A DNA stretch of 53,245 nt, taken from an uncultured Bacteroidales bacterium (GTDB taxonomy: Bacteria; Bacteroidota; Bacteroidia; Bacteroidales; WCHB1-69). The stretch lies in the NCBI GenBank assembly GCA_905236885.1, contig CAJOQK010000120.1, forward strand, positions 1 through 53,245. The letters are read 5' to 3'. The translations under genes and the position numbers were made by a program. The notes below the pieces were generated by a model. The model worked only from the letters and a program-made list of their open reading frames with translations, made no database searches and had not been told where the DNA came from. Positions 1 through 8,017 of the stretch are shown here, one piece after another (the first letter of the stretch is position 1; each line of letters starts with the position of its first letter).

Positions 1-1
1 G

Positions 2-361
2 AATGTCAATGGTGTGAACTACAATGTGGAAGCGGAAGTTCTGGTTCCCAAGGCTGCGGTGAGCCGTCCCGCTCCTCGTTCTGTTGCTGCCCCCCAGGCA
101 GCTCCTGCCGCTGCCCCTGCCGCTCCGAAGCCTGCCGCTGGCGGTGCCGGACAGTCCATCAAAACTCCGCTTCCGGGTGTGATTTTGGATGTGTTTGTCA
201 AAGAGGGCGACACGGTGAAGTCTGGACAGAAAATCCTGCTGCTTGAGGCCATGAAGATGGAGAATAATATTGAAGCTGACAAGGATGGTGTTATCCAATC
301 CATCCAGGTCAAAAAAGGCGACAGTGTGCAGGAAGGTGATGTGCTGATGACGATAGCATAA
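2..361 (+). CDS. mmdC: Biotin carboxyl carrier (biotinyl domain) subunit of a Na+-translocating methylmalonyl-CoA/oxaloacetate-type decarboxylase; 5' end cut by window edge
   Basis: Frame is open from base 2, so the GTG at 14 in the ORF track is probably internal. Ala/Pro-rich linker followed by biotinyl-lysine motif EAMKMEN. Lies directly upstream of the decarboxylase beta subunit. Confidence 0.8.
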   Translation, partial: NVNGVNYNVEAEVLVPKAAVSRPAPRSVAAPQAAPAAAPAAPKPAAGGAGQSIKTPLPGVILDVFVKEGDTVKSGQKILLLEAMKMENNIEADKDGVIQSIQVKKGDSVQEGDVLMTIA

Positions 362-388
362 ATTATTTAACAGCATAATTTATTTTAA

Positions 389-1543
389 ATGAATAGTTTC
401 GCAACAACAATTTCAGAAAACATATCGACATTCCTGTCGTTTACAGGATTTGCCAATGCCACTTCAGGACATTTGATTATGCTTGCGGTGGGATTGATAT
501 TCCTTTATTTGGGCATTGCCAAAAAATGGGAGCCGATGTTGCTGGTGCCCATCGGATTCGGTATCCTGATCGGAAACATTCCCTTCTCTCCCGGATTCCA
601 GATAGGCATTTACGAGGATGGCTCGGTGTTGAGCTATTTGTATTTGGGTGTGGTCAAAGGCTTTTATCCGCCTCTGATTTTCTTGGGTATCGGAGCAATG
701 ACCGACTTCTCGGCCTTGATTTCCAACCCGAAGCTGGTGCTGATTGGTGCAGCCGCACAATGTGGTATTTTCGGGGCCTATATAGCCGCCACCGCGTTGG
801 GTTTCACCGCCTCTGAAGCGGGTGCCATCGGTATTATCGGAGGTGCTGACGGTCCTACGGCCATCTTCCTTTCCTCCAAACTGGCTCCTGACCTGATGGG
901 TGCCATTGCCGTTTCCGCCTATTCCTACATGGCGTTGGTGCCGGTGATCCAGCCGCCCATCATGAAACTGTTGACCACCAAAAAGGAGCGTCTGATCCGT
1001 ATGAAACCGCCCCGTAAGGTTTCCCAAACCGAAAAAATCCTTTTCCCGATTGTCGGTCTGTTGCTGACCACCTTCCTGGTGCCATCCGGTCTGCCGTTGC
1101 TGGGTATGCTCTTCTTCGGCAACCTGTTGAAGGAATGTGGTGTGACCCGTCGTTTGGCCAATACCGCCAGTAATTCCCTGATGGACATCGTCACCATCCT
1201 GTTGGGTCTGACAGTGGGAGCCTCCACGCAGGCAACCACTTTCCTCACTCCCAAATCGGTGCTGATTTTCGGACTTGGAGCCGCCTCATTTGTGATTGCC
1301 ACCTTCACTGGTGTGATTTTTGTCAAGATATTCAACCTGTTCCTGAAAGAGGGCAACAAAATCAACCCGCTTATCGGCAATGCCGGTGTTTCAGCCGTGC
1401 CTGATGCGGCCCGTGTCTCCCAGGATGTGGGGCTGCATTATGACAAGTCCAACTATCTGCTGATGCATGCCATGGGACCCAATGTCTCCGGTGTGATCGG
1501 TAGCGCGGTGGCCGCCGGTCTGCTGCTGGGATTCCTTGGATAA
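389..1543 (+). CDS. mmdB: Sodium ion-translocating decarboxylase beta subunit (methylmalonyl-CoA/oxaloacetate decarboxylase membrane subunit)
   Basis: 384-aa polytopic membrane protein with the typical OadB/MmdB look (GIIGGADGPTAIF, NAGVSAVPDAARV). Lies between the biotin carrier and the carboxyltransferase. Confidence 0.85.
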   Translation: MNSFATTISENISTFLSFTGFANATSGHLIMLAVGLIFLYLGIAKKWEPMLLVPIGFGILIGNIPFSPGFQIGIYEDGSVLSYLYLGVVKGFYPPLIFLGIGAMTDFSALISNPKLVLIGAAAQCGIFGAYIAATALGFTASEAGAIGIIGGADGPTAIFLSSKLAPDLMGAIAVSAYSYMALVPVIQPPIMKLLTTKKERLIRMKPPRKVSQTEKILFPIVGLLLTTFLVPSGLPLLGMLFFGNLLKECGVTRRLANTASNSLMDIVTILLGLTVGASTQATTFLTPKSVLIFGLGAASFVIATFTGVIFVKIFNLFLKEGNKINPLIGNAGVSAVPDAARVSQDVGLHYDKSNYLLMHAMGPNVSGVIGSAVAAGLLLGFLG

Positions 1544-1617
1544 CGGTTGGGGCTCCAGTTGCAGAATAACATGATAATAAAAGAAATAGAATTGTAAAAT
1601 ATTTAAAATAAATAAAG

Positions 1618-2028
1618 ATGAAACCGACACATATCGAACATATCGGAATCGCTGTCAAAAGTTTGGAAGAGGCCATTCCCTATTATGAAAAAATATTGGG
1701 CTTGAAATGCTATGCCGTGGAAGAGGTGACCGACCAGAAGGTGAAAACCGCCTTTTTCAAGGTGGGACAGACTAAAATAGAATTGTTGGAGCCGACCTGC
1801 GAGGAGAGCACCATCGCCTCTTTTCTGGAAAAGAAGGGGCCCGGTGTGCATCACATCGCCTTTGCCATGGACAATGTGAACGAGGCACTGCAGGATGCCG
1901 AGAATAATGGTGTCCGCCTGATTGACAAGCAGGGACGCAACGGTGCCGAAGGGCTGAAGATCGGATTTCTGCATCCCAAGTCCACGGGCGGTGTCCTGAC
2001 GGAATTCTGTGAGGATCCCAACAAATAA
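1618..2028 (+). CDS. mce: Methylmalonyl-CoA epimerase (VOC/glyoxalase-fold)
   Basis: 136 aa. N-terminus IEHIGIAVKSLEEAIPYYEKILGL and HHIAF motif are typical of the epimerase family. Context is the mmd genes. Confidence 0.85.
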   Translation: MKPTHIEHIGIAVKSLEEAIPYYEKILGLKCYAVEEVTDQKVKTAFFKVGQTKIELLEPTCEESTIASFLEKKGPGVHHIAFAMDNVNEALQDAENNGVRLIDKQGRNGAEGLKIGFLHPKSTGGVLTEFCEDPNK

Positions 2029-2136
2029 CAAAGTGGAGTGTTTGACGGTATTGAAAGGATTAAATGTCTCCCCAATATGACCGGCAAACGTTTCGATAAG
2101 TAATAATAAACAAGAACAATTAAAATTGAGATAGCC

Positions 2137-3696
2137 ATGACAATGCAAGATAAGGTGAAAGAGTTGTTGGAGTTGAGAACCAAAGCCAGACTCGGAGGTG
2201 GAGAAAAGAGAATTGAAAAACAGCATGAACAGGGAAAAATGACGGCCCGTGAACGTATCCAGCAGCTGTTGGATGAGGGCAGTTTTGAAGAGATGGACAT
2301 GTTTGTAACCCACCGTTGTTCCAACTTCGGTATGGATAAGGAATACTACATGTCTGACGGTGTGGTGACCGGATACGGCACCATCGACGGAAGGCTGGTC
2401 TATGTGTTCGCACAGGATTTTACGGTATATGGAGGTTCCTTGTCCGAAACCCAGGCCCAAAAGATATGCAAGGTGCTGGATTCGGCCATGAAGATGGGTG
2501 CTCCCGTCATCGGTATTAACGATTCCGGCGGAGCCCGTATCCAGGAGGGTGTGAACAGTTTGGCCGGTTATTCTGAAATTTTCCAGCGTAACATTTTGGC
2601 TTCCGGCGTTGTACCGCAGATTTCCGCCATTTTCGGACCTTGCGCCGGCGGTGCGGTCTATTCGCCTGCTTTGACCGACTTCATCATGATGGTGAAAAAT
2701 ACCAGCTACATGTTCCTGACCGGCCCCAAGGTGGTGAAAACCGTGATTGGGGAGAATGTGACCACCGAGCAGTTGGGCGGCGCTTCCGTGCATGGAAGCA
2801 AGTCCGGTGTGGCGCAGTTGGTGGTTGAGAACGAGGAGGAGGGCTTACAGATGATTCGCCGTCTGCTGAGCTACCTGCCTTCCAACAATATGGAGACCGC
2901 TCCCGAAGTGGAGTGCACCGACCCGATTGAAAGGGTGGAGGATTACCTGAACAGCATCATTCCCGAAAACCCCAACAAGGCCTACGACATGAAGGAGGTG
3001 ATTACCTCCATCGTGGATAACGGCGAGTTTTTGGAAATTCTGCCGATGTATGCCAAGAACATCATCACCGGATTTGCACGCATGGGCGGCATGTCGGTGG
3101 GCGTGGTGGCCAACCAGCCTTCCCATATGGCCGGTGTGCTTGACATCAACGCCTCCCGTAAGGGTGCAAGGTTTGTCCGTTTCTGCGATGCCTTCAACAT
3201 TCCATTGGTGACCCTGGTGGATGTACCGGGCTTCCTTCCCGGAACTGTGCAGGAGTATGGCGGCGTGATTACTCATGGTGCCAAGCTGCTGTATGCCTAC
3301 GGTGAGGCGACTGTACCCAAGATTACCGTCACATTGCGCAAATCCTACGGTGGTTCACATATTGTGATGAGCTGCAAGCAGTTGCGTGGTGATATGAACT
3401 ATGCATGGCCGACGGCTGAAATCGCGGTCATGGGTGCTGACGGTGCTGTGGAGGTGCTGTATGCCAAGGAAATCAAGGCGGAGACCGATCCTCAGAAACA
3501 GTTGGAGGCCATCACCGCCCGCAAGGACGAGTACAACAAACTGTTCTGCAATCCTTACAACGCAGCCCGTTACGGTTACATTGACGATGTGATTGAGCCT
3601 AGGAACACCCGTTACCGTGTCATCAAGGCGTTGCGTGCCACGGCCACCAAGCGGTTGGAGAATCCCGCCAAGAAGCACGATAACCTGCCGTTGTAA
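2137..3696 (+). CDS. mmdA: Methylmalonyl-CoA carboxyltransferase (decarboxylase alpha subunit / propionyl-CoA carboxylase beta-chain family)
   Basis: 519 aa. Carboxyltransferase family motifs ([61 protein letters not shown]). Confidence 0.9.
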   Translation: MTMQDKVKELLELRTKARLGGGEKRIEKQHEQGKMTARERIQQLLDEGSFEEMDMFVTHRCSNFGMDKEYYMSDGVVTGYGTIDGRLVYVFAQDFTVYGGSLSETQAQKICKVLDSAMKMGAPVIGINDSGGARIQEGVNSLAGYSEIFQRNILASGVVPQISAIFGPCAGGAVYSPALTDFIMMVKNTSYMFLTGPKVVKTVIGENVTTEQLGGASVHGSKSGVAQLVVENEEEGLQMIRRLLSYLPSNNMETAPEVECTDPIERVEDYLNSIIPENPNKAYDMKEVITSIVDNGEFLEILPMYAKNIITGFARMGGMSVGVVANQPSHMAGVLDINASRKGARFVRFCDAFNIPLVTLVDVPGFLPGTVQEYGGVITHGAKLLYAYGEATVPKITVTLRKSYGGSHIVMSCKQLRGDMNYAWPTAEIAVMGADGAVEVLYAKEIKAETDPQKQLEAITARKDEYNKLFCNPYNAARYGYIDDVIEPRNTRYRVIKALRATATKRLENPAKKHDNLPL

Positions 3697-3721
3697 TTTT
3701 TTTACAATAACAATGACATCA

Positions 3722-3756
3722 AAAGAAAGGGCGAAAAAAAATTCGCCCTTTCTTTT
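3722..3756 (+). terminator. Rho-independent terminator after mmdA
   Basis: Perfect 14-bp stem AAAGAAAGGGCGAA / TTCGCCCTTTCTTT with a 6-nt A loop, 26 nt after the stop codon. Confidence 0.8.
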
Positions 3757-4080
3757 GAACTATGACCATGACAAAATTTTTTTTCATTCTGTGGCCGATG
3801 TACACATCGGCCCTACTGTGACGATGACAATGACAATGTTCACCTTAACATCTTCACATTTTAACCCTTAAACAATTCATACCATGACAATTATTCTTGA
3901 CCATTTCATTCCAAAAATTCCCCTGTTTTTGGGTGGTTTTATCTGACCTTTTCGTAAATATTTGGTTTTCAGTGAAAAAAATTTTATTACAGATGCAACA
4001 AAACTGTTCTTTTCTCATTTATATATATAGAAGCAGATAGAACTATGTATTGTACCGGACGCATAAAAAATGTAAATCAC

Positions 4081-5952
4081 ATGAATATGAAAAAGTTATT
4101 ATTATACATGTTTTTGATGGCTGTCGCCACGCCATTGTTCGCATACGACTTTTCCGCAACAAACGCCAAGGGCGACACGCTCTACTACAATGTCACTTCC
4201 GACTCCACGGTAGAGGTGACCTACGACGTGAAAGTTTACCGGCCAACCCGTTTCAATTTCAAAGGGCACATTGTAATCCCTTCCACTGTAAGTTATGAAG
4301 GGAAGAGCTATAGGGTGACTCGGATTGGGGATATGGCGTTCATGTTCTGCCCGCTGATAGATTCCGTCACCATTCCGGAGGGTGTGGAGACGGTTGGCGG
4401 TTGGGCGTTTAAAAGTTGCTCCGGTTTACAATGGGTGAGTCCTCTTCCTGTTTCATTGGAGAAGATGGGGGAAAGTGCTTTCACTTCCTGCAAATCCCTT
4501 GTGGAGTTGCATTTCACATCCCCCTATTGCAGGATAGGCGGATTTGCATTTTCCGGATGCGGCTCCTTGCGTGAGGTGACCCTTCCCTTCCGTCGTGCTG
4601 TCTTGGGCGGAGAGCAATGTTTTTATGGAGACACCAACTTGCACAGGCTGCGGATGCCCGATTCCATGGAGGTTATTCCTACCAGTACTTTTGAAAATTG
4701 TTGGCGATTGGATAGCATTGTGATACCTGCAGGTGTGTATCGTATAGGGGATCATGCTTTTGCATATTGTCGCGGCCTTGTTTCCGTCCAATTCTCCACT
4801 CCCTCCACTTTGGATTCCTTGGGGTTTGGAGCTTTTGAAAATTGCAACTCCCTGTCCACAATGGATCTCTCACAAACCAAAATCAGAGTATTGTCCAGAA
4901 AATCGTTTGCATATTGTCCGAGTTTGAGGGAGTTAAAACTGCCTTCCACTTTGAAAGTGATTGCGGACATGAGTCTCATACATGAAGAATCCCTTCAATA
5001 TTTAGTTGTTCCTGAATCGGTGGAACATATTTCCTACAATTCGACATGGGTGGGAGGTTTTGATGAACTTTATCAGGATTCATTGCGCACTCAAGTAAAC
5101 TACATTTTGCAGTCCCCGACACCTCCTAATCTGTATATGAATAAATTTAATGATTATAGGTTTGGAACGGATTCCACTTTTTTACACGTGTATAATAAAG
5201 ACACCTTCTATGTACCTTGCGGTTATGAGCAGGTGTACCGGCAAGCGACAGACCGGAACTGGATTGTTGTGGCGAATGTCCGGGAGGCTTCGTATACGGG
5301 CGAAATCTTCCTGGATTCGGTGTGCGGGCCGGAGGTGCAGCAGCGTTACGGCTTTTATCCGGACCATTCGGGTGACTATTGCGAAAGATTCAATCCAGAT
5401 GGCTATGCCTGTGATTCCGTTGCCATATTCCATGTGACGTTGGCAACAAGGCCGACAATGGACGATTCGTCCGTCCAAATCGAACCCAACAAGCAGGACA
5501 CCTCGGTATTATGGACATGGGAGGGAACTGGCTACGCCTACAACGTGTACCGGGATGGGAGCTACATCACAACGGTGGAACAGCCCTCATATTTGGACAC
5601 TAACATTGAGATGGATGTGCAGTACTGCTACAACTTCGCCCCTGTGAATGAAAAGTACTGTGAGGGCAAATGGAGCACCACCAACTGTTACACCATGCTG
5701 TCGGACACGACAGGCGTTGCGGAGCATGATGCGGCACATTCGCTGGTCATCTACCCCAACCCTGCCAAACAGTTCCTCTTCCTCACCAACGACGAACGTT
5801 ATGAGAACAATTCCTACGAAATCACTGACGTGACTGGAAGGATTGTATCACAAGGCAGCTATACCTCCGAAGGCATCCATGTGGACAATTTAGCCAAAGG
5901 GGTCTATCTGTTGCGGATAGAAGGAAAGGTGGGGAAATTTGGAAAGAATTAA
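4081..5952 (+). CDS. BspA-like leucine-rich-repeat surface protein with T9SS C-terminal sorting domain
   Basis: Signal peptide MNMKKLLLYMFLMAVATPLFA-YD begins at 4081; the track start 4045 adds a non-signal extension. Repeated LRR units of the BspA type (IPEGVETVGGWAFKSC, IPAGVYRIGDHAFAYC, FGAFENCNSL). C-terminal about 66 aa YPNPAKQ...GVYLLRIEGK is a T9SS CTD. Confidence 0.85.
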   Translation: MNMKKLLLYMFLMAVATPLFAYDFSATNAKGDTLYYNVTSDSTVEVTYDVKVYRPTRFNFKGHIVIPSTVSYEGKSYRVTRIGDMAFMFCPLIDSVTIPEGVETVGGWAFKSCSGLQWVSPLPVSLEKMGESAFTSCKSLVELHFTSPYCRIGGFAFSGCGSLREVTLPFRRAVLGGEQCFYGDTNLHRLRMPDSMEVIPTSTFENCWRLDSIVIPAGVYRIGDHAFAYCRGLVSVQFSTPSTLDSLGFGAFENCNSLSTMDLSQTKIRVLSRKSFAYCPSLRELKLPSTLKVIADMSLIHEESLQYLVVPESVEHISYNSTWVGGFDELYQDSLRTQVNYILQSPTPPNLYMNKFNDYRFGTDSTFLHVYNKDTFYVPCGYEQVYRQATDRNWIVVANVREASYTGEIFLDSVCGPEVQQRYGFYPDHSGDYCERFNPDGYACDSVAIFHVTLATRPTMDDSSVQIEPNKQDTSVLWTWEGTGYAYNVYRDGSYITTVEQPSYLDTNIEMDVQYCYNFAPVNEKYCEGKWSTTNCYTMLSDTTGVAEHDAAHSLVIYPNPAKQFLFLTNDERYENNSYEITDVTGRIVSQGSYTSEGIHVDNLAKGVYLLRIEGKVGKFGKN

Positions 5953-5992
5953 GAAGTAAGAAGCAAGAAGTAAGAAGTAAGAAGTAATAAGT
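5951..5992. repeat. Tandem heptanucleotide array (AAGAAGY) x6, starting inside the stop codon of the LRR gene
   Basis: Read directly: AAGAAGT AAGAAGC AAGAAGT AAGAAGT AAGAAGT AATAAGT, followed by GGGGAC. Confidence 0.95.
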
Positions 5993-6315
5993 GGGGACAT
6001 ACCAGACTATCGTGCAAGCCGAGAGCCATCAAGTTTACTTGAATGGCCGAGGCGCGCGATGGCCCTACTGTTGAACTATGACATTTTTCCCTATAATGTA
6101 TACCATATTCAAATTTGATTATAAATGTAAAATAAAATAAGGAAACTATTTATAATGAATTATTTTTTTTGCATTACATGAGATATTTTGTTTCCAAAAA
6201 TACATGTATATAAGTCAGAAAAAATAATTATACTATTGAAATAATATTATAAATTTAATTATATTAGATTATAAAATATTTTTTTGTTATGTTGATGCCA
6301 CATTGTTATTTTTTC

Positions 6316-6323
6316 TATTTTTG
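6316..6323 (+). promoter_or_regulatory. Bacteroidota -7 promoter motif (TAnnTTTG) upstream of the lipoprotein operon
   Basis: TATTTTTG lies 33 nt upstream of the ATG at 6356, inside a very AT-rich tract. Confidence 0.5.
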
Positions 6324-6355
6324 CATATAGAATATTAATTAAAAAATTTGGTTTT

Positions 6356-6853
6356 ATGAAAACTAATTCTGGCTTTATTGTAGGATTGACATTATGTCTT
6401 TTTTTGTTTTCTGGTTGTGACAAAGAAAACGAAGTGGTTTACAATGTTATAGAAAGTGTACAGGACGAGGGAGGAGGGAGTAACGGAAATGGAGGAACAC
6501 CGGAGCCTCCTCCCAGATACTATTTTTGGAAATGTTTTAATAAATATGATGCGGAGGAAGGACAATGTTATGTTGCCATGAAATGTGAAGGTCCATTCAC
6601 TTCACAATGGAGGCCTTCTTGTAGTGAACCGGGAAGAATTACGTTTGTACTTGATGAAAATGGGGCGCGGATACCCACCGAATGCAATACCCCAATCCAT
6701 CCTTTTCCAGACGTAGATCCAAATAGGGAATGGGACATCGAGTTTACAAAAGAACATATTGAGGAAATATGGGACATTTTGCAAAGCATGTACGATTTGG
6801 AAATTCTTACGGAAAGTCCGGAGGATTTATGGAATATGGCTCCAAACAGGTGA
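6356..6853 (+). CDS. Small Cys-rich lipoprotein, function unknown
   Basis: Lipobox LFLFSG-C at residue 21, a Gly/Asn/Pro linker, then a domain with 5 further Cys. I recognise no family. Confidence 0.65.
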   Translation: MKTNSGFIVGLTLCLFLFSGCDKENEVVYNVIESVQDEGGGSNGNGGTPEPPPRYYFWKCFNKYDAEEGQCYVAMKCEGPFTSQWRPSCSEPGRITFVLDENGARIPTECNTPIHPFPDVDPNREWDIEFTKEHIEEIWDILQSMYDLEILTESPEDLWNMAPNR

Positions 6854-6858
6854 TTAAA

Positions 6859-8016
6859 ATGAGAAAGCTGTTGAATTTTATTGTGGCAATACCTGTCTTA
6901 TTGTCATCATGCCAACACGGTGAAATCCTTGATTTGGAGATTACATCCATTCCGCTTCAAAGGGACAGTATAGATATATATGCAGCCTGGACAATTTACG
7001 AGGATTCCAACGGGATATATTTCATGGCAAAAAAACAGGGGGAAAGCTCTGTATTGCTGTATAAGGAGACTACGGATTGCTTTAGGTTCATGCAATCTTT
7101 TGCATTTCCACAGGCATACTTGGATACCATGAAGGATGAAATCCATTCTGACAAATTCCAACTGATTCCTGTCAATCTGGATTCACTCATTATCTATACC
7201 CGTCACACCATTTCACTTTTGGATCTGAAAAATGGAATTCTGCTCAAACACTTTGCATATAATCATGACAGCGAAAATGTAATCATCGTTGACAGAGCGG
7301 GTCCGTTAAAATGGAATCATGAAAGGAATGTGCTTCCGGTCATGATTGTACGATTTGACAAAACGGGAAAAAAATGGGAATGGGACACCGAATTTGCCGC
7401 AGAGTTTTCAATTGAAAGCGGTGAATTAAACATCATCCCTGTCATCTATCCCAAGGAAAAATGCTATACCAACTACATCCTGTCGGGAATGCATCAGGAA
7501 CCGTTCATTACTTATGGAAAAGGACAATATGTATTCGGTTTTGAAGGAAGTCCTACCCTGTTAATTTATGACCCGCAAAAGAATATAACCGATTCTATTC
7601 AAATAATCAATCCGCTGTACAAACCTTTCCCCGATTATTATGATACACTGAAGTTGCGGGGAGAAGTTGCATACTTGCAACAGATGATACGTTCAGCCAC
7701 CTTTGATTACTATCACATTCAAATGGCGTATGATCCCTATAATAATGTGTATTATCGTTTTTTCTTACAGGATTTGTCGGAAAAAAATGAAAACGGAAAA
7801 AAGAACGAATATTCTGATAAAAAAATCGGTTTCTCCGTCATAAACGACCGATTCCAAGTCATTGGTGATGGACATTGGGAGATGAAAAAAGCGAATTCTT
7901 CCGCCTGGTATCCGACAAGTCGCGGCATATACGGTTTTTCACATGGCTGCATAGGAGAGAATTGCCAGGTAAAGCGATTGGGGAACATTATCAAAATCAA
8001 CTGGAAAAAGAAATAA
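6859..8016 (+). CDS. Lipoprotein, function unknown (size and style recall Bacteroidales beta-propeller-type lipoprotein families; not verifiable here)
   Basis: The ATG at 6859 gives MRKLLNFIVAIPVLLSS-C, a lipoprotein signal. It lies 5 nt after the stop of the previous gene. The track start 6769 would overlap the upstream gene and lacks a signal. Confidence 0.7.
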   Translation: MRKLLNFIVAIPVLLSSCQHGEILDLEITSIPLQRDSIDIYAAWTIYEDSNGIYFMAKKQGESSVLLYKETTDCFRFMQSFAFPQAYLDTMKDEIHSDKFQLIPVNLDSLIIYTRHTISLLDLKNGILLKHFAYNHDSENVIIVDRAGPLKWNHERNVLPVMIVRFDKTGKKWEWDTEFAAEFSIESGELNIIPVIYPKEKCYTNYILSGMHQEPFITYGKGQYVFGFEGSPTLLIYDPQKNITDSIQIINPLYKPFPDYYDTLKLRGEVAYLQQMIRSATFDYYHIQMAYDPYNNVYYRFFLQDLSEKNENGKKNEYSDKKIGFSVINDRFQVIGDGHWEMKKANSSAWYPTSRGIYGFSHGCIGENCQVKRLGNIIKINWKKK

Positions 8017-8017
8017 T

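Noticed and set aside
1603-2793. 396-aa minus-strand ORF spanning mce and the start of mmdA.
   Set aside because: It is antisense to two well-supported genes and crosses their intergenic region. The sequence has no family resemblance.
1-3696. Gene order mmdC-mmdB-mce-mmdA as a possibly rearranged methylmalonyl-CoA decarboxylase cluster.
   Set aside because: I recall a different order (mce-mmdA-...-mmdC-mmdB) in some Bacteroides. However, the window starts inside the cluster and I cannot see what precedes it. The evidence is insufficient to call a rearrangement.
4045-4080. An earlier start for the LRR protein (MYCTGRIKNVNH...).
   Set aside because: The signal peptide begins at the Met encoded at 4081. 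The 12 extra residues would bury the n-region. The downstream start is preferred, though I cannot prove it.
6769-6858. N-terminal extension of the second lipoprotein, overlapping the first lipoprotein gene by 85 nt.
   Set aside because: The extension lacks a signal peptide. The ATG at 6859 yields a textbook lipoprotein signal immediately after the upstream stop.
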